64,000 nt of DNA, from NCBI RefSeq assembly GCF_036321535.1, contig NC_087447.1:43030001-43094000 (forward strand), written 5' to 3'. The position numbers were made by a program, and so were the translations under genes. Position 1 is the first letter of the stretch. The number at the start of each line of letters is the position of its first letter. This DNA comes from Camelus dromedarius (lineage: Eukaryota). This document shows, piece after piece, positions 37,201-48,300 of the stretch. The notes beneath the pieces were generated by a model, which had not been told where the DNA came from, did not search any database, and saw only the letters and a list, made by a program, of their open reading frames with translations.

Positions 37201-38210
37201 CCGAGGGCGCAGCCAAGGTCAGTGGACGCCCTCGGATTTGGGCTGGCGCTGGGGGGAGGGGCATGGACTCTGCGGCTGCCAGAAGCACTTACTGTGCAAA
37301 TCCCCTGCTCCAAGGGGCCCTCTTCCCCCGACCCTCAGGTTCCTGGTAAACCCTCCTAGCTACCTCCACGCCAGCCCTCACCTTCCTGAGGGCCACTCAG
37401 GGCTCCCCAGAGTGACTGGCCTGTGAGAGGAGCCCTTGGAGGGGCCAGTGCCTGGGCTGGGCTGCCCTAGTCTCGTCCTCTCTGTCTGCGTGGCTTGCAT
37501 TCTCTCTGCGGTTACCAGAATAAGCTCATTTAGATGTGACTACGGTGCGCCTTTTCCAGGGGAGGTTTTAAAAGTGAAGATGTGCTCTTGGCAGTCAGGG
37601 CCATTGTAATGGCCTGCAGTGGGTGACCCTGAGTGCAGGATGGGGCACTTGGGGAGGTGGTGGCCTTTCTGAGTCATGTAGACTGTGGATGCGAGACCTG
37701 CCACCCTTCACCCAGGCCTGTGAAGTTGCCAGCGACCAGGCTAGGTGAGGAGCAGGCCTCGAACCCCAAATGCCCAAACACCAAAGGCCACTGTCCCCAG
37801 ACCCCTCTTCTGAGTGCCTGCATTTCCACTGGTTTCTAATTGGGAAGCTGAGGTTGCAAGGATTTTCCTGACAGATGGGGATGTCTGCTGCTCATGTGGG
37901 AGCCCAGGTGGGGTGAGAGTGCTAAATATGGGGCAAGTTTCCCCTCCCCCTCTGCCACCCACTCCTCGGGCCAGCCCAGGAACACCCGATCTTGGTCTAA
38001 AAAACCCATGTGGGTCACCTGAAGCCCTCCACTTTCCAGACTGGGGCTCCTCCACCCTGCAGTGATCTGATGGTATGCACAGAGCCTGGCCTGAGCCCTC
38101 ACAGCAGCAGGCAGCTCATGACCTCACAGGGCAATCTGCTCTCCTGTGTGATTGCAGCCATTAGAAAAGACTTCTTGTTACTCTGAAACCTTCCTCCCAT
38201 GCTTTCTCCC

Positions 38211-38665
38211 TGTATCAGTTTCCTTGGGCTGTGAAACGGATGACCACAAAGTCTGCAGCTTAAAACAACAGAATTTATTCTCACAGTTCAGGAGGCTGGA
38301 AGTCCAAATTGAGGTGTTGGCAGGGCCGTGCAGTCTCTGAAGCCTCTGGGGGAGTTTCCTTCCTCACCGCCTCCAGCTTTTGGTAGCATCTGGTGTTTCT
38401 TGGCTTGTGGCAGCATCGCTCCAATCTCTGCCTCCATCTTCACCATGTCTTCTCCCCAAGTCTCTGTGTGTCTTCTCTTCTTAGAAGGACACCAGTCATA
38501 GGATTAGGGCTATGATTTAATCTAGAGATCTCAAGTAATTACATTGCAAAGATCCTCCCTATTTCCAAATACGGTCACATTCTGAGGCTCCAGGTGACAT
38601 GAATGGCAGGGGTTGGTGGTGGTGGTGGTGCTGGTGGTGAGGAAAACATTGTTCGACCCACCACA
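38211..38665 (-). mobile_element. MaLR solo LTR, MLT1B/C-like, complete with 5-bp TSD
   Basis: tgtatcagtttccttgggctg...ttaaaacaacagaatttattctcacagttcaggaggctggaagtccaa...tttccaaatacggtcacattctgagg...cccaccaca; CTCCC at 38206-38210 and 38666-38670. Confidence 0.88.
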
Positions 38666-39062
38666 CTCCCCCATGGTCTGTCCTCTGCCCCTGTCAGCCC
38701 TACGGAGAGCTGATAACATCAGCCCTGGCTTTGTTTCACGACAAACAGCCCAGCTCCTTCCCTCGCTCTTTCCTCTCCTCATCCCAATTCATGGTCTCTA
38801 GACCCGTCAGTCTCCTGTTCATCCCACTCTGAACCACACAGGGTGTCAAAGGCCTCTTAAAACTTGGCCCCATCACTGTAGCCATGGCTGAGCCGTGTGC
38901 AGAACCACACCTCCTAGCCACTTCTTGTGGCTGGGGGCGCTGGGGCATCAGATGCTGGTGGGCACAGCACACTTGCCCGGGGCTTCAGGGTCTTTCTCCA
39001 GCCCCGTTTTTCAAGTGAGCTGCCTTGTCTTCTTCATTTTCAACTCCAGCAGTTAATTTTTT

Positions 39063-39490
39063 AAATTGAAGTATAGTTGCTGTACAATATTTAAGTTCCA
39101 GGTGTACAACATAGTGATTCACAATTTTTAAAGGTTATACTCCATTTATTGTTATTACTAATTATTAGCTATATTCCCCTTGTTGTATAATATATCCTTG
39201 TAGCTTATTTTATACCTAATAGTTTGTACTTTTAATCCCCTAACCCCTCCCTCTCCCCACTGGTAACCACTAGTGTGTCCTCTATATCTGTGAGTCTGCT
39301 GCTTTTTTCTTTTCCTTTTTTGTTATATTCACTAGTTTGTTGTATTTTTTAGGTTTCACATATAAGTGACATCATACAGCATTTGTCTTTCTCTGTCTGA
39401 CTTATTTCACTTAGCATAATGCCCTCCAAGTCCATCTTTGTTGCTACAAATGGCAAAATGTCGTTCTCTTTTATGGCTGAGTAGTATTTC

Positions 39491-39545
<55 letters not shown>

Positions 39546-39955
39546 ATATACCACATCGTCTTTAGCCATTCATCTGGTGATGGACACTTACGTTGCTTCC
39601 ATACCTTGGCAATTGTAAATAATGTTGCTATAAATATTGGGGTGCACATATCTTTTGGAATTACTGTTGGGTTTTTTTTTTTTTGATATATTTCCAAGAG
39701 TGGAATTGTGGGGTCATATGGCAGATCTATTCTGAGTTTTCTGAGAAACTTCCATACTGTTTTCCACAGTGGCTGCACCAGCTTACATTTGCACCAACGG
39801 TGTATAAGGCTTTCCTTTTATCCGCATCCTTGCCAACATTTGTTTTTTGTGGTCTTTTTGATGATAGTCATTCTGACCAGTGTGAGGTGCTATCTCATTG
39901 TGGTTTGATTTGCATTTCCCTGATGACTAGAGATATTAAGCATCTTTTTATGTGC
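39063..39955 (-). mobile_element. 5'-truncated LINE-1 (ORF2 C-terminus + 3' UTR) with 19-bp flanking direct repeat
   Basis: ORF 39407..39778(-) QPLWKTVWKFLRKLRIDLPYDPTIPLLEIY...IATLFTIAKVWKQRKCPS is the L1 ORF2 C-terminus; CTCCAGCAGTTAATTTTTT at 39044-39062 and 39956-39974. Confidence 0.92.
39493..39542. repeat. Perfect (TG)25 microsatellite
   Basis: Directly visible, inside the L1. Confidence 0.97.
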
Positions 39956-41059
39956 CTCCAGCAGTTAATTTTTTGACCAGAAATTCAGGATGTTCCATTT
40001 GTCCCTGTGAGGTCCCATCTTAAAAGTCTGGACCCCATACTTTGGCCTCAAAAATGGAGCATTTTGGCCCTTATTGTCCTGTACTTTTCCTTCAAGGCCT
40101 GGCTTGGGGAAAGCACCAAGGAGTTGTATAAACTCTCAGCTTTTGAGGTGTCAGGCCTGAATTGGCTGTTTTTTCTGTACCCCTTAACTCTGCTCCGGGT
40201 ACCCCCAAGCCAGCTCCAACCTCAGACCTGGCCCACCGGAGGGGCAGGTGGTCTGGGCTGGCTTCTCCTGCCCTCACTGGCCACAGCTGCAGCTAGAGCC
40301 GCCCACAGGCTATTCTGTTCCTAAAGCTAAAGGGCCCTGTGTCAGAAATTCAGAGATAACAAACACCTGCCTCTGTTTGGGGTCACCTACCCAGGCCTCT
40401 GAGTCCTCATCGAAGAAAATAGGGACACACAGAATTGACTGCTTGGTCTGCTAGTCTGCAGACTCCTTGGGCTGGGCCCTGGGGTTGAAGCTCTAGCCTC
40501 TCAGGCCTAAACGACCCCTGAGGTCCCCAGAGCAAGGTGGGCCAGACTTAAGCCTGAACGCTCAACTGTCCAGGGGGCTGTCTGCTTCTCCCCAGGTCCT
40601 GGGGCCTTGCCGGGCCAGCCTCTAAGGAGTCTCCATGCCCTGGGAGTTCAGAATTTTACAGATTAAGAAACAGAGGTCAGCAGGATGGAAACCCAGGCCA
40701 GGGAGCTCCAGCCCCGGGGCTTTCCCTCCACACACAGGCCAGCTGTACCCTCACCTGCTGGAGGGGCAGGAGGTGGGTGGGCAGGAAAAGAGAGGCTAGG
40801 CCTGCTGGCCAGATCTGTCCTCTGCTCAACACCCCGCCCCTCCACCCCAAATAGCCTTGCTTTCCACACAAATCAAGAAGCAGTTTCATTAGGCAGGACT
40901 CGCTCAGCTCTCCTGCTCCCTGGAGGCTCCTACTGGGCTGTCTTAGGTTAGAAGTTCCCACCAGCCCCTCCAGCTGCCCCTGGGACACCGAGAGCTGGCC
41001 TCTCTGCAGCCTTCCAGTCAGCGCCCTCCATCCAATCACACCTCAGACTCTCTGATTTT

Positions 41060-41600
41060 AATAAATATATGTATATATATGTAGGTTTGTGTCTGTTGGC
41101 ATGTATCTATAATGTAAAATTCAAACACCACAAAGATGTGCAAAAAATGTAGCTAAAGAAATCACCTGAGATTTCACCACTGAGAGATAATAGCTGTTAA
41201 CATTTTGGTAACTTCAAGACATCCATCTCTTGAGCCTACTTCCCGTCTCTCACTCTCTCAGTGAGTGCGATTTTATGTAAATGACATATTATAAATGCAC
41301 TTTAGTAGCCTACAGCTTTGCCAAAACAGTGTACAATGGACATTCTCCATGGTAATAACTACAGGTTTATATCACTGTTATTGTGTGATGGCCTAGTAGG
41401 ACCATTTGCCCCATGACAAGCCATCACATACCTGTGGACACAGGCGTTGTGACTTTTGGCTGTGACAATCAGCCCTGTGACAGATCTCCTACCACACAGT
41501 GCTCGTTTGTGTGATTAACTCCTTTCCATAAATTCCCGATGTGGAGGGGATGGTGAAAGGGCATGTATATTTCATGTCTTGATCTGACTGCCCGACATCT
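41060..41600 (-). mobile_element. Old LINE-1 (L1ME-like) 3' fragment
   Basis: ccactgagagataatagctgttaacattttgg...ggacattctccatgg...gggcatgtatatttcatgtcttgat; AT-rich island in GC-rich DNA. Confidence 0.55.
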
Positions 41601-41739
41601 TGTGGTGGCTGGGGCCCTCCCTGGGGGCCTAAGATGAAGGGGAAGCTGCTGTTACACAGGGCTCAAGACCAGTGAGCCTGGGCTCCATGAGGGCAGGGGC
41701 CAGGCTCCCATCCAAGGGGAGGCAGGGCTCTGGAACTGG

Positions 41740-41870
41740 AAGGGTTAATTAAAGAGGGCTTGAAAAAATCTATAAACACCCAGAAATGACTGACAGGTGC
41801 TAATTTCTTCTTTAGTATTCATAATGGCTTTCTGTTAATTAAGAAAAAAGAACGCCCAGGGGAGGGATGG
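41740..41870. promoter_or_regulatory. Putative conserved enhancer (homeodomain/MEIS sites)
   Basis: Two TTAATTAA palindromes flanking TGACTGACAGGTG and TAAT sites in repeat-free DNA; function inferred. Confidence 0.4.
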
Positions 41871-42617
41871 CAAGCGGAGCTTTCTGGCACAGGCAGACCA
41901 GGCAGACTGCCCATCTGGGGCCTTCTGGGGGTGTGGGAGTGGCCGGGGCATGGCTTGACCTGAAGGGCTCAGACCAGGGACAGCCTGGTTTTCAGAGAGC
42001 CTCTTAGGGCCAGAGGCAGCATTGAGCACAGGGCAGGCAGCAGCTTTTAATTTTCTTCTTTTTGAACTTAGATGGCTGCTGCCCTTTGAGGGGACATGGG
42101 ACATGTGAGGCTTTGGGTGGGGGCATGGGCTCTTCCATTTCCCAGTGAGTCCTTTCCACAGGCTTGGGCAGGGACAGGTTGGGCAGAGGTCTTCCCCCAT
42201 GACTGATGGAGAAAGCGAGGCTGTGCTGAGGTCTGCAAAGCAGGCATACTTGTTTGGGTGTGCCGCGTGAGGAGGATCCTGCCCTCTGTTTTTGGGCTGC
42301 AGGGGTGTAGTTGCAAGGTGGAGATCACCCCCAGGCTCCTCCCTCTGGTCCTCCTCCATCTCATGCTTGCCACCTTCCTCCCCCCAGATGCCCACGCCAA
42401 TGAAGCCAAGGCTGAGCTAGAGCTCTGATCTGGGTCACCCTGGACACCTGGGGACACTGGAGACAGCCTGGGTGTGGGCATGTGCACATGTGTGTATGCA
42501 CCTAAGTGTGAGCCCAGTGTGCCTGTGTGATCAGGAGTGGGTGTCCATTGTCTTGTTTACATGCACATTGTGTAATATGTGCAAATGTGGGTGTGAGCAT
42601 TGAATGTGATTGTGTAT

Positions 42618-42780
42618 CTGTTCAAATCCTGATTGTACCACTTCAAGCTAGGTGTCTTTGGGCAAACTACTTAACATCCCTTTGCCTCATTCTCCTCATC
42701 TATAAAATGGCAATAATGATAGTGCTTACTCCATAGCATTGCTGTGAAGATTTTATGAATGTGTGTAACACAGAGAACAT
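42618..42780 (+). mobile_element. MIR SINE
   Basis: gttcaaatcctgattgtaccact...ttgggcaaactacttaacatccctttgcctcattctcctcatctataaaatggcaataatgatagt. Confidence 0.85.
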
Positions 42781-42999
42781 TTAGCCTGAAACCCCCATCC
42801 CTCTCCTCTACTATTCAGTTTGCCTGGTGAACTCCTATTCATCCTTCAAAACACAAAGGTCAGGCAGCATCAGTTCCATGTCAGAATGCAAGAAGATCTA
42901 CCCTTAGAATCCTGGGCTCAAAGGGAAGAACCCCAGTTTCCAAAGAAGCAGAGAGGAGCCTCTTCTCCCAACAGAGGGGGAATCTACTGGCCAGGGGTC

Positions 43000-43450
43000 C
43001 TCACACAGTCAGTACACAAGTGTACAAGTAAGCAAACCACCACGCATACGTGTACAATGATGCAGAGAGACACGGAATGTACACCCACACACAATCTGAG
43101 CGGATAAAGAGGTGCAAATTCTTTGCATCCTCCATGTTCACCGACACAGGACTCATGCACATAACCTTCTCACACACACGATGCACACAGATAAGCACTA
43201 CATCGTGTACAAACATAATATACAGGCATACACTTTGTACACACATAAGGCACAAGGATAGGACACACAGTACTTTGCACATGTATACAAGGTTTACACT
43301 TTGTGCACATGAACATTTTGTATACACACAACACACACATGCAGAGTGCACACGTGCACACACGTACACCAGTAAAGGATGAACATGCTGTCTATACACA
43401 GGCAATGGAAGGATAATGAACACATGTGCTTGCACACACATGCCACACAG
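43000..43450. repeat. CA-rich low-complexity tract
   Basis: Degenerate cacaca/tgtaca units. Confidence 0.75.
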
Positions 43451-45588
43451 ACCGGCCAGAAACCGTCATCCTGGGGAAGAGCCACCCTGAGCCAGTGCCC
43501 CTCCCTTTAACCTTCAGCGCTGAAGGCTGCAGGGGACCCACAGATGGGGAATTAATTGATGTCATTAAAATGTGGCGATGATAATGACTTCCCATCGATC
43601 CCAGTGGCAGATGTGTGGCCACCCCGAGGTGGAGCTGGGAGCTCAGGACTGGGAGCCAGGCTGCCGGTGCAGAGCCCCAACCTTTGGTGCCACACCAGGG
43701 AGACCCGACCTTGCACGTTCCCATGGAGTGCAGTGGAGAGACGGACTGAAATCCAGAGGAGAGAAGGGACTTGCCCAAGGTCACCCAGCTACTGGCGCCT
43801 GGGTCTGCCTGGGCCTCTCCTGTCTGACTTTCCTCTCCCCTCCATCCCCCATTTCCTCTTCTCTCCTTCCCCACCCCCTGTAGGAGAAGTCGTTCTGTCT
43901 CTCCTTGCCCTCTCTGGGCTCTAGCTGGCCCTCATGGGTCTGGCTCCGTTCCAGGTCTCTGTCCACTGCCCCTGGAGCCTTTGGGCTGTAAGGTTGTCAG
44001 GAGGGGAGGGCCTGGGCTGCAGTGAGAAGGATGAAGGCACAGAGGTGGCTGTCAGAAGAACAGACAGATCAGCAAACTCCTGCTCCTCCTTCAAGATGCT
44101 GCCCCCTCCAGGACAGGCCCAAGCCCTAGGGTCCTGAAGTCCCCCTCTTCTGATGCTTCTGCAGTTTTTACTCCATCCCAGGCTTTATCTCGCAGGATTG
44201 CAATGTCTGTTTACTCCTCTCCTTCCTCGCTGTGTCATGAGTCCTTTACTTAGACTTGATCTAATCTAGATTTCTTTGTAGCTACTTTAGACTTAGCCCA
44301 GAACAGGCAAATCATAGGTGCCTAGTGAATGTTGAATAAATGGAAATAGACTGAGACAGACAGACAGAGCTGTGACCAGAGCTGAAGGGACAAGTAGAGA
44401 AGGGTTTGGAGAACACGTGCCCCAGAGCACAGTGAATGGATGGGTCAGGGAAGGGTGGTGGGCAGGGTATTCAGGTCTCAGGCTTGGCCATTGGGCAGAG
44501 TGCTGGCTCTCTGGGGCCCCCTAGAGGCTTTGGGTACCCCCTTCCTATCTTGGAACCAGACTGCCTGCCTCCTTCTATCTGGTCCTCAAAGGAGCTTGTG
44601 GGAGGGTAGCTGGGGGTGGGGCTGGAGTAGTAGGAAGGTGGTTAGGGGAAGGGACATTTTAATGGGATCCAAGGACTAGGATTCAGATTGAGGATTCAGA
44701 CATGGGCATAGAGGCTGAGCTCTCTCCCAGGAGCACCCCCCAACCCCAAAGCCTAGCCTGGTCAGGCCCCTGGGGATACCCCTATACTGCCTGGTTGCAC
44801 CGAATTTGTTACTGTCACTGCATTTCCAGGGCTTCTAATGAGCTGCTAATGAGCTGTCAGCTAATTATGAGAATTAAATGGGGCAGCCAGGCTGGCTGAG
44901 CTTTTACTGAGAGCTTCTGGGGTATCGGGAGGAGGGAAGGTTCCTGTCTTTGGCCTCGCAGCCCCACACATCTGATTTGACCTCAGCCCCATGTGGATGG
45001 GGTGAAGGTATTTTCCTGTCAAGAGAGAGAGGGGACCCCACTAGCCCTAGAATAAGGCAAGCTCTAGCCCCAGAGCTGGGAGGGCTGACCCTTGAGGGCA
45101 GCCCCCCTGGCAGGGCAGGCAGGCCCCCTGGAGGGCAGGTGAGAGGGGGTCCAGAGATCTGACTCCGTGTGGCCTTGGGCAAGTCCCCCTGGATCTACAG
45201 TCTATCTTCCTATCTGTGAAATGGGTCTGGAGGAGGTAAAGGACCAAACCAGGTGATTCCCCCTAGGTCCTTCCTCCCATCTCGGTCCAATTAAGGCCCT
45301 GTGAATCCTGTCTTTACAGATGTGGCTCAGGTGCCCCAGCTCTGTGAGGATGGAGGCTTGCCTGGGGTCACATGAAATAACTGGTAAGCCTGGGTAGAAT
45401 AATCTTTAACCAACCAAAACAAGGGAATAGGTTGACAAAGACCAGTACAAGGGTGTTCATAGCAGCCTTACTCATAACAGAAGCAAACTGGAAACAACCA
45501 AGTGTCTGTCAACAGAAGAAGGAACAAATAAGTTGTGACATGGTCATACAATAGAATAGTATACAGCTGTGAAAAAGAACAAACTAGA

Positions 45589-46645
45589 AAAGCAGTCTTC
45601 CTTTCACATGGTTCCAATATGTACAAATGTCAGTTATCATAATTTAGTTAGATAATACTAGTTTCCCAATAACAGCTGAAATTTTAGTTACCATGGTATA
45701 TTAACTGTAACCGCATAAAATACCAACTTCCCTGCTGGCTCTTCAGTCCACAAATCACTACGTAAATAGCAGATGCACATCGTGAACTGTGACCAACCCA
45801 TCACTACTTTTGGAGTCTGTGAGTGTTTAGCCACTGGGCATCTGCTATTTATTTCAAGAAAGGACAGCAAAGCGTGCAATTGTGTTGCCTCCTTGCCTCC
45901 AAGTTATAAACGCATGTGACACTTAACGAAAATTGAGAAGTAAAAGGAATTAATCACAAAGGTGAAAGTGCAACAAAGAAATAAAAATCGATAATGATAG
46001 AATTGAAATTTGAATCAAATGTAAGTGGAACTACAGAAGAACTACCCCATTGTTGAGAATGCTGGCATGGCCACTGTTTGACCCTAGACACCCACCCAGA
46101 GAAACTTAGTGAGGACGAACTTAATACAAATGAAGAACCTGGTTGTGACAGAAAGGGCGAAGATGTTCCAGAGAAAGCGAAGCTCGGAAAAAAACTTTGC
46201 ATTAAAGGAACTTTCAGAGATGTTTCGCCATATGGACAGCACAAAGGATACAATGTTAGAAGCTGATCCGAACTTAGAAAACAGCAGGACAATTTGCCAA
46301 GGCACAGAAAGGATGCTCCCTCTGTATTGTAAGTTACACGACACAAGAGGAAGGAGGCAAGCTCTGTTCAAACTGCTCTTGATTTCTTTTTTTTCCAAAG
46401 AAATACAACACTTCAGTTTTTAAAGCTTTAAATTACATGGTACTAAATGAATATGAGTGTCACCTTTTTTCTCATTTCCCTATACATTTATAACCAACAG
46501 TAAGAGAGTTTTTAATGTTTTGATTAAAATTTTTAAATGTCACAGAACAATCATAATGTTCCTCATTGATTGTCAAGAGCATGTTGCTTGATTTCAGCCT
46601 GCATAGTCATTTCACAGTCCTGCCGTGCAAAGCGAGGATTGCTGG
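45589..46645 (+). mobile_element. TcMar-Tigger DNA transposon (Tigger6a-like), both TIRs present
   Basis: Starts ..gcagtcttcctttcacatggttccaatatg, ends ccgtgcaaagcgaggattgctgg|TA; transposase-like remnants in ORFs 46078..46266 and 46109..46423; inverted homologue of 7934-8929. Confidence 0.82.
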
Positions 46646-46856
46646 TACATACAGCATAAATGAATCTCACAGACACAACGTTAAAGGAAAGAAGCCAGAT
46701 GCGGAAACGTACTTACTTTATGATCCATTTATATGAACTGCAAAAGCAGGCAAAAACAAATGTATGGGGGTTAGAAGCCAGAATATGGTTATTGAGAGTG
46801 TATGTGGGGCCGTTAATTTTGAGGAGTCCTGAGGAAGTCTGCTGGGGTGCTGGAAA

Positions 46857-47212
46857 TAGTTGCCCCTTGGTATCTGTGGGGGACTGGTTCTCAGACCCCA
46901 CTTCGGATACCAAAATCCAAGGATGCTCAAGTCCCTTATATAAAATGGTGTAGTATTTATATATAACCTATGCACAATCTCCCATATACTTTAAATCCTC
47001 TCTAGATTGCTTATAATACCTAATATAATGTAAATGCTATATAAGTAGTTGTTAAGTTTAATGTAAATGCTATATAAATAGTTGCCAGTGTGAGTGTGGC
47101 AAATTCAAATTTTGCTTTTTTGAAATTTCTGAAATTCTTTTGTCTGAATATTTTCAACCCTCAAATATTTTGAATCTGTGGAGGCAGAAGCCATGGATAC
47201 GGAAGGTGACTA
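46857..47212 (+). mobile_element. MER2-like Tigger-derived MITE
   Basis: agttgccccttggtatctgtgggggactggttc...ggataccaaaatccaaggatgctcaagtcccttatataaaatggtgtagtattt...gccatggatacggaaggtgac. Confidence 0.88.
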
Positions 47213-47789
47213 TTCTCTAAGTTGAATTGTGTGATGGTTATAGGCATATGTAAATTTGTAAAAATATCATCGAGCTCTACATTTCATATTTATGTCCTTT
47301 GCTATAAGGTAGTCCTAATTTAAACATTTTTTTTTTAACTGGAGAAATTCTGTGAATGCTTTGGAGTTTCATGTATCTCCATCTTTCAGAATTTGACACA
47401 ATTTGGCATGACTGGTCTTTTCCTCCTTCTTCAAACTCTTCCCTTGCCTGCCTCCTGAGATATGGCCCTTCGGGCATCCTCCTTCCTCTCCAGCCTGCCC
47501 TCAGCCCCCGCCGCCTGGCTGTGAGCGTTACTTTTCATCTGCTGCACTGCCCTGCTAATGGGGCACCGCCCTCCACTCTGGAGCCCAAGCACACCCAGAA
47601 CCCTCCCTGCCCTCACTCCATCCAGATGGCCATTGGTGTGACCCTGTCACCCTGTCTCCTCACCCCCTCCCGAGAGAGAAAGAGGAAAGATGATTTGGCT
47701 GCAGGGAAAGAGGCAGTGCCGGGAGAGGGTGTGTGGGCAGGAGCTGCTCAGGGAAGATTTGGACCTGATCCCTGCTCTAAAGGAGTGAT

Positions 47790-48300
47790 GCCCCATTAAT
47801 GCCTTTCCAGCCATCCGACACGTCCCTGCTTGAGCCTGAACTCCACACTATTAACCACAAATGGCATTTTGAAATGGCTTTTTTTGGGGGCGAACCCCAA
47901 AGACATTGCTAAGATTTACATTTTCAAATATATGCTGACCTTTTTTTCCTCTCTCTCTGAGTTCATTTGTCATCAGTGTATAATTGAATCGATATATTTC
48001 CTGATCAGCCCCAAGATTGAATAAGGTCACGGGGAGCCGTGTGTGGGCATTAGACATCATTATTTCACTCCAAATGAGCGGCCATGGTGCGGAGCATTCC
48101 GGGCGCCAAATGAAATTCTATTAGATTCTATTACACTTTTACAATTATAGAGACGTTGTGCTATTACAAGGGGAAATGAAGTCATAATAAAAAAGCCCAG
48201 AGGTGTATTACAGAGAAATGGGCACACTATTTTTCTAGTTAAAAACTTGATGGAAGGAGCTCAACTGGCTTTCAGTTGCCAAGTTGTGACCTTGTTCTCA
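47790..48300. promoter_or_regulatory. Putative conserved non-coding element / developmental enhancer
   Basis: ~500-bp AT-rich, repeat-free block with retained CpGs and many TAAT/ATTA sites, within GC-rich surroundings; function inferred. Confidence 0.45.

Larger units (their letters stand above)
45415..47330 (+). mobile_element. Old LINE-1 3' end split by Tigger6a-like and MER2-like insertions
   Basis: tacaagggtgttcatagcagccttactcataa...aaactggaaacaacc (45.4-45.6 kb), resuming atgaatctcacagacacaacgttaaaggaaagaagccaga (46.65 kb) and gatggttataggcatatgtaaatttgtaaaaa (47.2 kb). Confidence 0.75.

Noticed and set aside
39407..39778. 123-aa ORF with protein-like sequence
   Set aside because: It is the C-terminal remnant of L1 ORF2 with an in-frame (CA)n expansion, not a host gene.
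43001..43485. His/Thr- or Cys/Val-rich ORFs (also 13034..13327)
   Set aside because: Translations of CA/TG microsatellite-like low-complexity DNA.
46078..46423. Acidic, protein-like ORFs (also 8354..8644 minus)
   Set aside because: Frameshifted Tigger transposase fragments inside TIR-bounded non-autonomous elements; no intact DDE domain is visible.
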